Positions 30,432 through 30,827 of a DNA stretch of 30,827 bases are shown piece by piece. The translations under genes were made by a program, and so were the position numbers. The number at the start of each line of letters is the position of its first letter. The stretch's first letter is position 1. Origin of the DNA: Calditrichia bacterium (GTDB lineage: Bacteria > Calditrichota > Calditrichia > JAJRVZ01); the NCBI GenBank assembly GCA_963796965.1, contig CAWCNS010000015.1, forward strand, positions 1-30,827. Reading direction: 5' to 3'. A model generated the notes under the pieces. It did no database searches, was not told the DNA's origin, and saw only the letters and a program-made list of their open reading frames with translations.

Positions 30432-30827
30432 ATGAAATGGATAATTAACATGATGGCTATTTTTATGTTCTCCCTGTCTGCAGGTTGTATGGATGAAATC
30501 ACGACAGAAACCACCGTACAGAATTTAAAATGTGAGTATATGAAAGAGGCAGTTGTTGCCAGACCATCTCCCTGCTTCAGTTGGGAGCTTGTTTCAACAC
30601 AAAATAGCCAGGGACAGACAGCCTGGCAGGTTATTGTTAGTGATGACCCGAAAAGTATACAAAAAAATGAGGGCAACGTCTGGGATAGCGGCAAAGAAAA
30701 CGGCGATCAAACCTTTAGTATTAAATATGATGGGGATGGGTTACAATCGTTTACTAAATACTACTGGCGTGTCAGGGTTTGGGAGGTTAATGGGAAAGTT
30801 TCAAACTGGAGTGATACAGCCACCTTT
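30432..30827 (+). CDS. Alpha-L-rhamnosidase-like (GH78) lipoprotein, N-terminal part (runs off the window)
   Basis: MKWIINMMAIFMFSLSAGC lipobox; NLKCEY...PCFSWEL...QTAWQVIV...VWDSGK...YYWRVRVW...SNWS is the typical N-terminal module of GH78 enzymes. Absent from the ORF track because it has no stop. Confidence 0.8.
   Translation, partial: MKWIINMMAIFMFSLSAGCMDEITTETTVQNLKCEYMKEAVVARPSPCFSWELVSTQNSQGQTAWQVIVSDDPKSIQKNEGNVWDSGKENGDQTFSIKYDGDGLQSFTKYYWRVRVWEVNGKVSNWSDTATF

Noticed and set aside
30410..30694. 94-aa minus-strand ORF
   Set aside because: It is the antisense shadow of the GH78-like gene starting at 30432.

Overview
Bacterial genomic window, AT-rich between genes, with strong AGGAG-type RBSs. 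The sulfatase/lipoprotein-rich content suggests an FCB-group or Calditrichota-like organism (inference only). It has two halves. (1) 55-18628, + strand: catabolic and periplasmic enzymes, namely a six-hairpin glycosidase-like protein, YVTN/phosphoesterase, two sulfatases, a Tat metallophosphoesterase, a class III cyclase, D-Ala-D-Ala dipeptidase, FAD oxidoreductase, aldo/keto reductase and an M14 peptidase. An internally deleted TerC-family remnant also lies here, and the spacers are packed with several families of nested palindromic and 9-bp-periodic repeats. (2) 18665-30244, - strand: a coherent locus of ECF sigma factor, anti-sigma, Spy/CpxP-like protein, MacAB-type ABC transporter, HlyD-like adaptor, VTC (polyphosphate polymerase) domain protein, DUF4956, CotH-kinase lipoprotein, a second Spy-like protein and a DUF1566 lipoprotein. 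The same ECF-type promoter motif (CAAGTTT-N13-CGTC) precedes four units and a weaker copy precedes the sigma gene. In three cases it lies ~40 bp past an intrinsic terminator. This ECF-VTC-DUF4956-CotH regulon is the best candidate for an undescribed system. Nine genes carry single-base frameshifts, most likely long-read errors. A GH78-like gene starts at 30432 and runs off the window. No rRNA, tRNA, CRISPR or transposase was seen.
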